NCBI GenBank assembly: GCA_041664365.1 | Contig: JBAYKW010000003.1 | Span: 28,696 to 92,695 of the forward strand | From: Patescibacteria group bacterium | GTDB lineage: Bacteria > Patescibacteriota > Patescibacteriia > UM-FILTER-42-10 | Reading direction: 5' to 3' | Length of the DNA stretch: 64,000 bases | Shown here: positions 18,817-29,043 of the stretch, piece by piece | Layout of the letters: each line of letters opens with the position of its first letter | How positions within the stretch are numbered: position 1 is the first letter of the stretch | The notes under the pieces: generated by a model | The model's input: only the letters and a program-made list of their open reading frames with translations | What the model was told of the DNA's origin: nothing | Database searches by the model: none | Translations under genes and position numbers: made by a program

Positions 18817-19611
18817 ATGGATATAGTCTCATCCCAGGAAAATAAAGATAAAAAGACACAAATAGATTCGCGAAAAAGGCAGAATATTATATTTGGAGCG
18901 CTTTTGTTTGTGGGATCTAGTGCTTTAATTCTAGGTATTTTCCAAATTTCGAAAACTATTACTTCCCCCCTCGCCGGATCCGATTATCAGGACGTTGATG
19001 ACAGTACATTGGTAAATGATGATCCTGACTACCAACAGTTGGTTTTTCTTAAAGGAAAAGATACGGATCAAGACGGATTAAATGATTATGATGAGCTCAA
19101 TATATACGAAACCAGCCCGTATGTTGCGGATTCAGACAGTGATAATATCTCAGACAAAGAAGAACTGGACAGTGGTAATGATCCGAACTGCCCGAAAGGA
19201 AAAACATGTGTAATCACAACGGCTGAAACAGATCCGACAGCAAACAGCAATAATAATTCCGGAGCAACAGCGCCTGAAATATCGTCTGCAGAACTGAGGG
19301 CCACATTGAAAGAGATCGGCGCACCGGCAAATATCGTTGATGCAATGGATGATGCGACACTAAGATCAGTCTATCAGGAAACTGTTATTGATACCGGCAT
19401 AGATTTGGATGATCTGACCGGGAACACAAATAGCGGGGCGCCTACTGAGTCAGCAGGACAGGAAATAACGGTGGATGCTTTGCAGAAGCTGGATGCCGCG
19501 CAGATCAGGCAACTGCTGATCAGCAGTGGAATCAGTGAGTCCGAACTAAGTCAGGTGGATGACGAAACTTTAGTGCTTTTATACTCGCAAGTTTTACAGG
19601 AACAATTATAA
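18817..19611 (+). CDS. Membrane protein with DxDxDG (thrombospondin type-3-like) Ca-binding repeats and two helical repeats
   Basis: TM helix; DTDQDGLNDYDE and DSDSDNISDKEE; LRATL..G....DDATL / IRQLL..G....DDETL. Confidence 0.75.
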   Translation: MDIVSSQENKDKKTQIDSRKRQNIIFGALLFVGSSALILGIFQISKTITSPLAGSDYQDVDDSTLVNDDPDYQQLVFLKGKDTDQDGLNDYDELNIYETSPYVADSDSDNISDKEELDSGNDPNCPKGKTCVITTAETDPTANSNNNSGATAPEISSAELRATLKEIGAPANIVDAMDDATLRSVYQETVIDTGIDLDDLTGNTNSGAPTESAGQEITVDALQKLDAAQIRQLLISSGISESELSQVDDETLVLLYSQVLQEQL

Positions 19612-19644
19612 TTTTCCAGGTTTTAATTATTACAACCAAGTAAT

Positions 19645-22600
19645 ATGCCGAGCAACCAAAAAAATCCAAAACGCCATTTTAAAAAATCAATATTTGGTGT
19701 TTTTATTTTCGTTGCTTTTTTCGTGCAGCTTTTTTTATTAGCGCCAAAACCGGCGAACGCAATTTTTGGAGTTGGGGATGTTACATTTTCCACTGTTATT
19801 GGAGATATTCCGGCAAAGTTGTGGAACGCAGTAACCTCAGCTGTAAAAAAATCAGGAGATATTGCTTATAAAAATGCACTGAAAACATTTACCCAGCAAC
19901 TTGCTTATGATGCTGCTGTTAAAATTGCCAGCGGAGCGGCGGGCCAACAACCGTTATTTAATACTAAGCCGTTTAGTAAATCAATCACAGATGCTGCCAA
20001 TGCGGCGGTCGGTGATTATCTTGACCAGATAACTACAGCAGCTTGGGGTAAAAGTCTTTGCGACATAGACCCGAAACTGAAAATTTCAATCCAGGCATCA
20101 ATCAATGTTGATTTGGGGTACGCAGGACCGCCAAGGCAGGCAAAGTGTACACTTTCCTCAATCACGAGCAGGTTGGGTAAGAAGAGCCTGAATGATTTTT
20201 ATGAAGTGGATGCGAAACTGGGTTTTGCCATTAAAGGCGTGGATCCTGCCCAGCTTTCCCAAGCTCTACTCAAAGGATTCCCGGAAATGTTCGGCGAGGA
20301 CCAGGCGGAAATTTCCCAGTACCTTTCGGTCTATAGAGGGGCAATGACTGAAAAGGAAAAAGCGGAAAAAGCGGAAGAAGCAAAACAGGCGAAGGATTTT
20401 AATAATCTAGTTAGTGCGATTACCGGTGATACTAAAACACCGGCGGCACAGGTTGAGGCAGTGGCGGAAGTTGCATTAACGGAAACAACAACACCTGAAA
20501 AAGTAACAACCGGTTCTATAATTGCTGACATGATCGGTGTGTTTAGTAATACTTTGGTTAAGAAGTATATGGAATTTATCTTGGTTAAAGGTTTAAACCC
20601 GAATGCGGACAGCACCGGATCAGTTCAGGGTAAATTCGGCAGGACATCGGGCATCGCTGCGGCGGAAGCAAAATTTGCATCATTCAACCAGCCTTCACTT
20701 GGTGCCGGAGGATCCGTGGACATTTTAAATACACTATCGACCTGCCCGACGGATTTCGCCGAGCCGGAAAACTGCGCGATTGATCCTAGTTTCCGAACAG
20801 CGGTAGAACAGCAGCTTCGTTTGGAAGAAGCGATTGAATCAGGCTACATTAATGGTGACAAGCCTTTCGGTTATGGAGATGGTGGAGCCCAGTTGAATTA
20901 CCAGGAGGGTTATCCATACCGCAGTTTGGTCCTGCTTAGAAGGTATCGGGTGATCCCGGTAAGTTGGGAACTGGCTGCATCGTACGTCAGAGAATTCGGG
21001 GGAGGAACTAAAACCCTGAATGAATTAATCAGAGAGTACGACGATCCAGCATCACAGTACTATCAGTTAATTGATCCGGATTGGGTTTTGAAAGCACCGG
21101 CCACGATGTGTGTCAATAGCGGTTACAATGAAACGTTTCTTTTTGATGAATATATTGATGAAGACGGAATAAATGAGACGCCAAAAATCCGCCAAATCCA
21201 ACGAAACACATCATGCGTTGATGATCAGTCCTGTATTGTAGAAGACGGCAATGGTAACTGCCAGCAGTATGGCTACTGTACCAAAGAAGATCCGATTTGG
21301 CGGTTTAACGGTGAATCGTGCCCTGATTATTATAATACTTGTACAACCTATACCAACAGACAGGGTCAGCCCGCTTCATATCTGGCGAAGACATTGGACT
21401 TTAACGGCTGTTCTGCGGATAATGTCGGTTGTCAGTGGTATTGTTCGGAATATAATACTACCGATGAAAGATGGGAATGTTATTATAATGATGATGGCGC
21501 TGCCGGCACGGAGGACTATGGCTATTGGAATTATGATCCGAATTCTCCGGGCGGTGGAATTGCAGAGCCAGCCTTGGCCTCAAGCTGGTTATCGCATCTG
21601 AATGCCAATGCGGAGAGTTGTACTGCCGGAGCGGACGGATGTAGTGAATTTGTTAGGACCGACCATGGCTCCAACTTAATCAGCAATGCCAGTTTTGAAT
21701 ATTATACAGGCACCCCCGACGATGGTAATGCAGATATTTTCACTAATTCATGGTCCGCTGTAAACGGAGCAGTTACCGAAGCGGATACGATCACTTCGCT
21801 GGGTGTTTCCCCATATTCAGACGTAACGGTTATGAATCTGCATTCAGCTGCTGTGCCTGGACCTTATATAATCTATGGAATTGATGCCGGGTCACCTGTC
21901 AGAAACAGGATATTTACGTATTCTTTTTATGCAATGCGAGATCCGGATCTGATTAATCCTGCGTGTACAGATACCGCTCGATTAGAACTATTACAGGCGG
22001 TCGGCCCTGCGTTGGCCTCAACAACTATAGATAATCTGAATGATCAATGGCAGAGATATCAAGTCACATATGCACATCCTGATTCATTCAATCCTGCCGT
22101 TTCCTATTTACTATTAAACATTGTTCCTGACACCGGCTGTAATATAATTATAGACGCCGCCAAAATAGAAGAAGCGGAAAGTGCCGGCCAGTATGAAAAT
22201 TATGGAGCGATAAATAGAGTTTATTTAACCGGAGAGCGGGAAAGTTGTAATCCGGATGATGTCGGGTGCCAGAACTATACACCGCTTGCCGGTGGTTCCG
22301 TGATCCCTGGGCAGGTTAGACCACAAGATCAGTGTGATAGTGCAGATGTCGGTTGCAAAGCTTTTGAGGAGGTCAAACTAACCAACGTTGTACCGCGCCC
22401 GGATAATATTGAACGTTCCGGCATGTATTGTTATGGCGGGGCAAACCAGGGCAATGCGTGTTTAGTTGCCGGTGATTGTCCGGCAGGATACTGCCTCCCG
22501 GCTATATCATTTGTTCCGGACACAGGCGCGCAATGTTCCGCAGCCTATGTTGGTTGTGAAGAATTTACGAATTTGGATGAAGTTTCGGCCGGCGGAGAAG

Positions 22601-25600
22601 GAAAGGAATATTATTCTTTTCTGAAACAATGCGTTACGCCAGCCGATACGGACATTGCTTCATATTATGCCTGGGAAGGTGACGCGGTAGCCGGATACCA
22701 GTTAAGAGCATTCCGACTGAAACGCAGTGATGTTGGCGGTGCATTTCCGGCCCCTTGTACTCATTTGGAAGTCGGACCGACACTCCCGCTGGATTGTGAA
22801 GATTCATTAAACACTGTTGATGATTGTACTAGTGAGTACGGTATAAATCCTGATTGTACACAATTCTTTGATTCAAATTTAAATATATTTTATCGGTATA
22901 AAACGCAAACTATATCAGTAACAGAAGACTGCCACCCGGAGAGAAACAGTATAGACAACCTGACGTATTATGGATCGCCAAGCGAAAGCCGGTCATGTCC
23001 GGCACAATTTGCCGGGTGCAGAGAATACCTGGGAAATGCGGGATACAATTACCGACAGGTTAATTATGATGATTTTGAAGACGGTACCAATCAGGGTTGG
23101 AGTGCAGGTGTTGTAAGTCCTGAATCAGTTATGCTTAACGGTCATTCACTGAACATAGCGTCACCAAATCCAGTGAATAAGGAACCGCTTGATGAAACAC
23201 TGGAAAATAAAAAGACATATATGTTGAGTTTCTGGGCAAAAGGTACCAGCGTAGCCCCGACTATTCGGTTTAACCACGCATTAAATAATAATGGTTATTT
23301 TGCTGATGCGGATCCGGCAACATTCCCCGCTTCAGTAGTTTTGACTAGTGATTGGAATAAATATACACTTGGTCCGGTGAATATTGATACTAATGACTAC
23401 GTTGGTAATGTCGTGCCGGATGGTTTGGTTATTGAGGGCTTAGCCGGTGTTAATGACTATTTTGATAACATCGAACTGATTGAGACATCCAGCAGTCAAT
23501 ACCTGATCCGCGGGTCGTTTAGAACCTGTTATGGATCGGAAAACTGCGAGGCGTATTCTGATTGGGAAAATGTAACTCACAATCTAAAATCATTCACAAA
23601 ATTGTGTTCGGAAGACACGGTGGGATGTGAAGCACTAATTGATACACAGAATAACAGTAATCCGTTTACACAGGTATACGGCAGTGGAGTGCTTAGCGCC
23701 GAAACTATTCCGATTGATCAAGTGGTTACACTGATTAATGATCCGGATAAATATTGTGCTGCCGAGGATAAAGGGTGTAAAAAACTCGGTAAACCAATCA
23801 TTGATGCGAATAACAATCTTGTTTCTTATGAAGATACCTATTTAAAGGACAACCCGGAAGATTATGATGATATCTGGTGTGGTCAAACCGAGGTAGGTTG
23901 TGAGGAATACGGCTTTTCAGATAGCGGTGGTAAAACATTTTTCAAACAACCAAACGGCCGGACGTGTGAATACAAGCAACTACTGGGGACATATGAATTT
24001 AATTGGTATGTTGTCGGCACCGAAGAGGTCTGCGATCAGACACCAACTCCGCCTAATCCGGCGATTCCAGCATTTGTTTGTACGGAAGGAGCACTAGGCG
24101 GACCGCCGGCAGGGACAATTTGTGATCCGGAAAATCCAGTCGCCTGTACAGGATCAAGCACCTGCATACCGTGGGTCGGTTTGTGCGACTCGAAAGCTAA
24201 CGGATGCACGGCGTATAGCGATCCGATGGATCCGGTTGGCTGTCAGCCAAACTGCCCGTTTGAAAACGGAGCGTTTTATGATGAAAATTGCGTGGAGACG
24301 CCGGGCGGACTTCCGGGATGTGCGACATACTACAATATAAAATCAACAGTTGATTCAACCAGTTGTAACGGTGTGGTCAACGAAGAAAAGGGATGTAAGC
24401 TGTTTAGTGACACGCAACAATCTCTCAACTATTCAGCGGATTTAAGTCCGGATGGTATAAAAAATTATTGTGATCTTACTGATCCATCAACTTATGGAAA
24501 TGAATGCGATGTTGATGCTGATTGCGGAACCGGAATTTGTTTCCCGAATCCGGAATTTGGAGCGCCGGTATTGGGCAGAGACGGCACTTGCGTCGGCGGG
24601 ACGAACCCGGGTGATCCTTGCACTAATGCAGCGGATTGTCTTGATGCAGGTGTCTGTGATCCATATGCCATTACTGCCGAGAGTCCGTCGCTTGATTCCA
24701 ACACTGTATTGAAGGTGAAAAGAGACCGGGTTTGTGAAGAATGGCTATATTGTAAAACTTCATTTGAAGTGGACGACGAAACGGATACCGACGGTGACGG
24801 CAAAACAAAAGAAGATGTTTGTTTTGAAATCGGTCTGTGCGATGAGGCTGGGTCAAACGGTTCCTGTGCCAGCACGATTGATACGGCGCCGGTCAATGTA
24901 ACCGGCGATACCCCGGCGTATCCTCTGGATGAATTCCAGAACCTTTCCGGTTTTGTCAGCGCCGGTCTGCATTATGGCTGTCGAACCGACCATTCTGTGG
25001 CTTGCACGGTTGCCACCGAAGCTACTGCCTGCGCCGGCTATGGGGATGAATGCGATATTATTGAAGGATACTATCCTTATTCGGAGATGTATGAAGTAGG
25101 GTTGGGCGGAGCGGTAACCAAGGATTTGGTACGTTTTGGCAATTTTGAATCTGACGCATTATCCCAGTTTATGGTTTGTAGTTCAGATATGGGGAATAAA
25201 GATTCTTCTTGTATTATAAATGAACACTGTATACCAGATGAGGATTCGCCAACTGATCCTGATTGTCTTGATGTAAATGATGAACAAACATGGACAACTC
25301 TTTACCCGAATATTGGAATGGACAGTGCTATTTCAGTTGTTGAAGGAGATACGATCAAAGATGGAAATGCGGCACTCGATGAAAACAACTATCTGCTTTA
25401 TACGGCAGGATCACTGGGGGTGTGCGATAGTGACTCAACTAACGAAGGAACGCTATGTACCCTAGCCGGTACTGAATGTACTGGCGGGGGACTTTGTTCG
25501 TTCACTGGATTGGGTGTGAAGACCAGCTTGGGAACGAATATATTAAATAAAGCTGAATATATTGCCAGTCTTGATTTCCGATTTATCAATATGCCTGAAG

Positions 25601-28600
25601 CAGGGCAGGAACAAATTTCAATCTCTCTTGCACAAATTGATAGTTTCACCGGCAATATTGTTGGAGAAAATATTTTAGGCTATTTCGATGGTTCAACCGG
25701 CTGGACGGAGCAAATTCTGAAACCGGTGGTGGTTACGGGTATACCGGATGAAAATGCGGAAACTTTCCTTTTGATTAGAAGTATGAGTGGTAATGTTCCC
25801 TTTGCTATCGATAATGTTTCTATGAAGCCGGCACTGACAGTGAAAGCATCTGAATCAGCCGGAATTCGTGGTGATTATTACACTCTTATCTATGATAATT
25901 CAGGTATTCCCGGTCTGTCATATAGTTATTCAGGTACAACTACATATACTGGAACTGATCTTCAAATCAATGAATATGAATATTGTGTCCATGGTGATTA
26001 TGCATATCTACCACCACTTTGTACAGTACATAATGTACCTACAGGGCAAAGATGGTCTACTCCAAATGAGACTACGACATGGAATGGCGGAATCCTAATT
26101 GACTCCAGCGGTTTCCATACGGTATTTGTGAATATTAACGACGGTTTCAGGCTCTATGTTGATGATATGGTTACACCAATATTTGACCAATATGGCGGTG
26201 GTGTTGCAACTCAAGGGTATATGTTTAGCGGATATTTTACCGCCGGGTGGCATCCTATAAAACTCGAGTGGATTAATAATGGAGATGACGGCGGTGTGCA
26301 GCTAGGGAGTGTGGCCGGTACTTATACAAACAATGATTGTAATGGAACCATTCTTCCTAATTTCTGCCAGCGCTATTTTGACGGTGTTGATCAAGGACCA
26401 ATCGGAGCGGATATTGCTGATGGTGCTCGCGATTTCCCGATACCTTTGAATTATATAATCGGTCCAAGCCATCTGACAACACAACTTGATAGGGTATTCG
26501 GCACATATTTAGGAACGCATGTCAGTGAGTATCTGGATTACGATGCCGCGAGCATGGGCCCGCACTTGATTGACGTAACTGGTGCAGATGAGAAAATAGC
26601 GGTGCGCTGGACCGGAAAACTGCTAGTGGAAACAGCCGGTAATCATCAGTTCCAACTGCAACACGACGACGGAGTTAGGTTCTTTATAGATGACCTCGAT
26701 ACGCCAATCCCAGCTTCAAATGTGTGGAGTGATGGGAGTGGTACGGTTACATTTACTGTCAATGGACTTGATACCGGATCGCATCCAATAAAAATAGAAT
26801 ATTACCAAAATGAAGGAAATTCCAGTTTAAGTTTCTTATGGCAACCACCGGGAGCACCGGGGATGACAGTCGTTCCGACAACAAATTTATCAACGACAGA
26901 TGGTGATCAACAATATATCAAACGCTCCTGCCGTGCTTATCCTAGGGAGGATTCGGAAGTCTGCCAATATACCAACAGCGACCTGGTGCAGTTCAACGGC
27001 TGGCAGGGGTACTGTATTGAGACAGACCCGACCAACCCGAATAAATGTATCACCTGGTGGCCGGTAGATGCGATCTCCGGCGAGTCCAGTGTATTCGGTA
27101 CAGTGGAACCGGCCGGTTATCAAGGCAGGAGACCTCTTTATATGTGCGTGGAGTCAACTGGTAATTATAATGAAACAAGTACGTTTAATGACTTAATGGT
27201 TAATGGCGCGCAGTCATCTTGTCCGGATGATGAAGAGGGAGACATTAACATGCCGGTTTCAGAAATGCTCGGTCAGTTTTATGGGTATCGTCATCCGATA
27301 AAAACAAATTGGGCAAATATTCAGGCTGGTGCGGATAGTGATTGTGATGGTGGAGAAGATACAGCCTGTGGCATGGTAGAGAATCATGCTCCTTGTAGAG
27401 TAATTGGTGGAGGAACAAGCGCGAATCTCTATGGCTTTTGCGGCTGTACTGGTGGGGCAACAATGAGTTATTTAGTTGTCGATGCTTTAGAACAGGATAA
27501 ATTCTATGAATGGGAAATAGACCGAATTGAATGGACGGCACAAAGATCAAGTCATGGCGATTGGCCACAGGGTCAAACAACTTGGATCGCAAATAAAGCA
27601 AATGATTGGACAGTGCAGGGAGATGAAAGTAACTGGTTCAAAGATAAAGACGCATCGATTGAATGCGGTTCTCAAAACTGTTTCAATTTCAAAGTAAATT
27701 TTGACGGTAATCAATTGTTAGACAGTTTCAGAGTGCATATGGTTGATGGAAGTCAAGCTTGGGGTGGTATGTGGGTAACAGGTACGATATATTTGCGTGA
27801 TGTTTGTAAGGAAGTCGCTAAAGTTGTCAGTTCAACCGACGACAGTGCATGGGCGCAAAGAACAGCATCTGCCAGCTCATATATCATTCAGGACCTTTTA
27901 TATTCTTACAGTTCTGACGCTGCACCGTTTGGCGCAATGGTTGCCGGAGCAGGTGCTGATCCGGGTGAATCGTGGGGCAAAGATTCTTCTGGTCTACTAC
28001 CGGTATTACTTGAAGGACTTGATAGTTCACCATCGCCTGCAGTAAACAACACCAGGCTGGGGCAGTCGTACAGCTGTAGTGCAAGATGTAATAATAGCCC
28101 CACTACTTATTGTGAAGTAAACGCGGATTGTCCTCTAGGTGGTTTATGCGATCGTACCAGTTGTGTGCCAAAAGTTTGTTTTGGTGGAGCTAACGATTCA
28201 GTACATCGCAGTGTACAATATTCCTGTTCTTCGGATGCGGATTGTCAGGGAACAGAAGATGATCGCGCAGTCTGTGTAGGAGTTGGTTTATGTAGTGGTG
28301 ATCAGACGATTGAATGTACGACTGATACAGATTGCGGAACAGCAGGTTCATGTGTTGGCGCTGATGCGAAGCTGAAGGGTGATGGGCCAGTAAATACAGG
28401 AAATGCATGGGCTCTAGAAAGGTTACAAAGAATATTTGCCAATGTCTATGGATCATGGCGCTGGGATGATGCAACTGGTTCTTATGTTGATGTCCCTGAT
28501 TTTGGCGGTTCGTGGAGACAGGTATGGAATGATAAATTCGATAATATGGTTTTATGTAATTTAAACGGAACAGGACCGCGCCCAATTTGGCCAGGACCAG

Positions 28601-29031
28601 AAACTGACTACTGCGCGATTTTACCGAAGGTTAGTAATATACTGGTCAACGGAACAACCGGCGATGTGGTGATGAATGGTGGAGGTTCAGTTACACTGTC
28701 GTTTACCAGTTTTGTTGATGCTGAGCAGGAGGAGTTGAAGAATATAATTGTGGACTGGGGTGATGGTTCAACGCCAACCTCTATTGTGTGGAATGGCGCG
28801 CCGAAATCTGATCCGAGTCAACCGCATCTATTCTCACATACCTATGATGATGTTGTTGGTCCAGGGGCGGGGGAATACCAGATTGAAATCATGCTGAAAG
28901 ACAATTGGGGTTTCTGCAACAATGCTGTTTTGCCTCCGGGTCCAAATTATAGACAATGTGATATTAATGGATTATTTCCTTACCATGAGTATACAGAATA
29001 TGACGGTATAATCCGTGTCTACCCAAGCTAA
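19645..29031 (+). CDS. Giant (3128 aa) secreted Cys-rich surface protein with carbohydrate-binding-like, PA14 and PKD-like domains
   Basis: Signal peptide; many CxGG..G..C....DC motifs; NLISNASFE (CBM-like); INDGFRLYVDD and HDDGVRFFID...HPIKIEYYQ (PA14); VDWGDGS...HTY (PKD). Confidence 0.85.
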   Translation: MPSNQKNPKRHFKKSIFGVFIFVAFFVQLFLLAPKPANAIFGVGDVTFSTVIGDIPAKLWNAVTSAVKKSGDIAYKNALKTFTQQLAYDAAVKIASGAAGQQPLFNTKPFSKSITDAANAAVGDYLDQITTAAWGKSLCDIDPKLKISIQASINVDLGYAGPPRQAKCTLSSITSRLGKKSLNDFYEVDAKLGFAIKGVDPAQLSQALLKGFPEMFGEDQAEISQYLSVYRGAMTEKEKAEKAEEAKQAKDFNNLVSAITGDTKTPAAQVEAVAEVALTETTTPEKVTTGSIIADMIGVFSNTLVKKYMEFILVKGLNPNADSTGSVQGKFGRTSGIAAAEAKFASFNQPSLGAGGSVDILNTLSTCPTDFAEPENCAIDPSFRTAVEQQLRLEEAIESGYINGDKPFGYGDGGAQLNYQEGYPYRSLVLLRRYRVIPVSWELAASYVREFGGGTKTLNELIREYDDPASQYYQLIDPDWVLKAPATMCVNSGYNETFLFDEYIDEDGINETPKIRQIQRNTSCVDDQSCIVEDGNGNCQQYGYCTKEDPIWRFNGESCPDYYNTCTTYTNRQGQPASYLAKTLDFNGCSADNVGCQWYCSEYNTTDERWECYYNDDGAAGTEDYGYWNYDPNSPGGGIAEPALASSWLSHLNANAESCTAGADGCSEFVRTDHGSNLISNASFEYYTGTPDDGNADIFTNSWSAVNGAVTEADTITSLGVSPYSDVTVMNLHSAAVPGPYIIYGIDAGSPVRNRIFTYSFYAMRDPDLINPACTDTARLELLQAVGPALASTTIDNLNDQWQRYQVTYAHPDSFNPAVSYLLLNIVPDTGCNIIIDAAKIEEAESAGQYENYGAINRVYLTGERESCNPDDVGCQNYTPLAGGSVIPGQVRPQDQCDSADVGCKAFEEVKLTNVVPRPDNIERSGMYCYGGANQGNACLVAGDCPAGYCLPAISFVPDTGAQCSAAYVGCEEFTNLDEVSAGGEGKEYYSFLKQCVTPADTDIASYYAWEGDAVAGYQLRAFRLKRSDVGGAFPAPCTHLEVGPTLPLDCEDSLNTVDDCTSEYGINPDCTQFFDSNLNIFYRYKTQTISVTEDCHPERNSIDNLTYYGSPSESRSCPAQFAGCREYLGNAGYNYRQVNYDDFEDGTNQGWSAGVVSPESVMLNGHSLNIASPNPVNKEPLDETLENKKTYMLSFWAKGTSVAPTIRFNHALNNNGYFADADPATFPASVVLTSDWNKYTLGPVNIDTNDYVGNVVPDGLVIEGLAGVNDYFDNIELIETSSSQYLIRGSFRTCYGSENCEAYSDWENVTHNLKSFTKLCSEDTVGCEALIDTQNNSNPFTQVYGSGVLSAETIPIDQVVTLINDPDKYCAAEDKGCKKLGKPIIDANNNLVSYEDTYLKDNPEDYDDIWCGQTEVGCEEYGFSDSGGKTFFKQPNGRTCEYKQLLGTYEFNWYVVGTEEVCDQTPTPPNPAIPAFVCTEGALGGPPAGTICDPENPVACTGSSTCIPWVGLCDSKANGCTAYSDPMDPVGCQPNCPFENGAFYDENCVETPGGLPGCATYYNIKSTVDSTSCNGVVNEEKGCKLFSDTQQSLNYSADLSPDGIKNYCDLTDPSTYGNECDVDADCGTGICFPNPEFGAPVLGRDGTCVGGTNPGDPCTNAADCLDAGVCDPYAITAESPSLDSNTVLKVKRDRVCEEWLYCKTSFEVDDETDTDGDGKTKEDVCFEIGLCDEAGSNGSCASTIDTAPVNVTGDTPAYPLDEFQNLSGFVSAGLHYGCRTDHSVACTVATEATACAGYGDECDIIEGYYPYSEMYEVGLGGAVTKDLVRFGNFESDALSQFMVCSSDMGNKDSSCIINEHCIPDEDSPTDPDCLDVNDEQTWTTLYPNIGMDSAISVVEGDTIKDGNAALDENNYLLYTAGSLGVCDSDSTNEGTLCTLAGTECTGGGLCSFTGLGVKTSLGTNILNKAEYIASLDFRFINMPEAGQEQISISLAQIDSFTGNIVGENILGYFDGSTGWTEQILKPVVVTGIPDENAETFLLIRSMSGNVPFAIDNVSMKPALTVKASESAGIRGDYYTLIYDNSGIPGLSYSYSGTTTYTGTDLQINEYEYCVHGDYAYLPPLCTVHNVPTGQRWSTPNETTTWNGGILIDSSGFHTVFVNINDGFRLYVDDMVTPIFDQYGGGVATQGYMFSGYFTAGWHPIKLEWINNGDDGGVQLGSVAGTYTNNDCNGTILPNFCQRYFDGVDQGPIGADIADGARDFPIPLNYIIGPSHLTTQLDRVFGTYLGTHVSEYLDYDAASMGPHLIDVTGADEKIAVRWTGKLLVETAGNHQFQLQHDDGVRFFIDDLDTPIPASNVWSDGSGTVTFTVNGLDTGSHPIKIEYYQNEGNSSLSFLWQPPGAPGMTVVPTTNLSTTDGDQQYIKRSCRAYPREDSEVCQYTNSDLVQFNGWQGYCIETDPTNPNKCITWWPVDAISGESSVFGTVEPAGYQGRRPLYMCVESTGNYNETSTFNDLMVNGAQSSCPDDEEGDINMPVSEMLGQFYGYRHPIKTNWANIQAGADSDCDGGEDTACGMVENHAPCRVIGGGTSANLYGFCGCTGGATMSYLVVDALEQDKFYEWEIDRIEWTAQRSSHGDWPQGQTTWIANKANDWTVQGDESNWFKDKDASIECGSQNCFNFKVNFDGNQLLDSFRVHMVDGSQAWGGMWVTGTIYLRDVCKEVAKVVSSTDDSAWAQRTASASSYIIQDLLYSYSSDAAPFGAMVAGAGADPGESWGKDSSGLLPVLLEGLDSSPSPAVNNTRLGQSYSCSARCNNSPTTYCEVNADCPLGGLCDRTSCVPKVCFGGANDSVHRSVQYSCSSDADCQGTEDDRAVCVGVGLCSGDQTIECTTDTDCGTAGSCVGADAKLKGDGPVNTGNAWALERLQRIFANVYGSWRWDDATGSYVDVPDFGGSWRQVWNDKFDNMVLCNLNGTGPRPIWPGPETDYCAILPKVSNILVNGTTGDVVMNGGGSVTLSFTSFVDAEQEELKNIIVDWGDGSTPTSIVWNGAPKSDPSQPHLFSHTYDDVVGPGAGEYQIEIMLKDNWGFCNNAVLPPGPNYRQCDINGLFPYHEYTEYDGIIRVYPS

Positions 29032-29043
29032 GCAAAATAAATA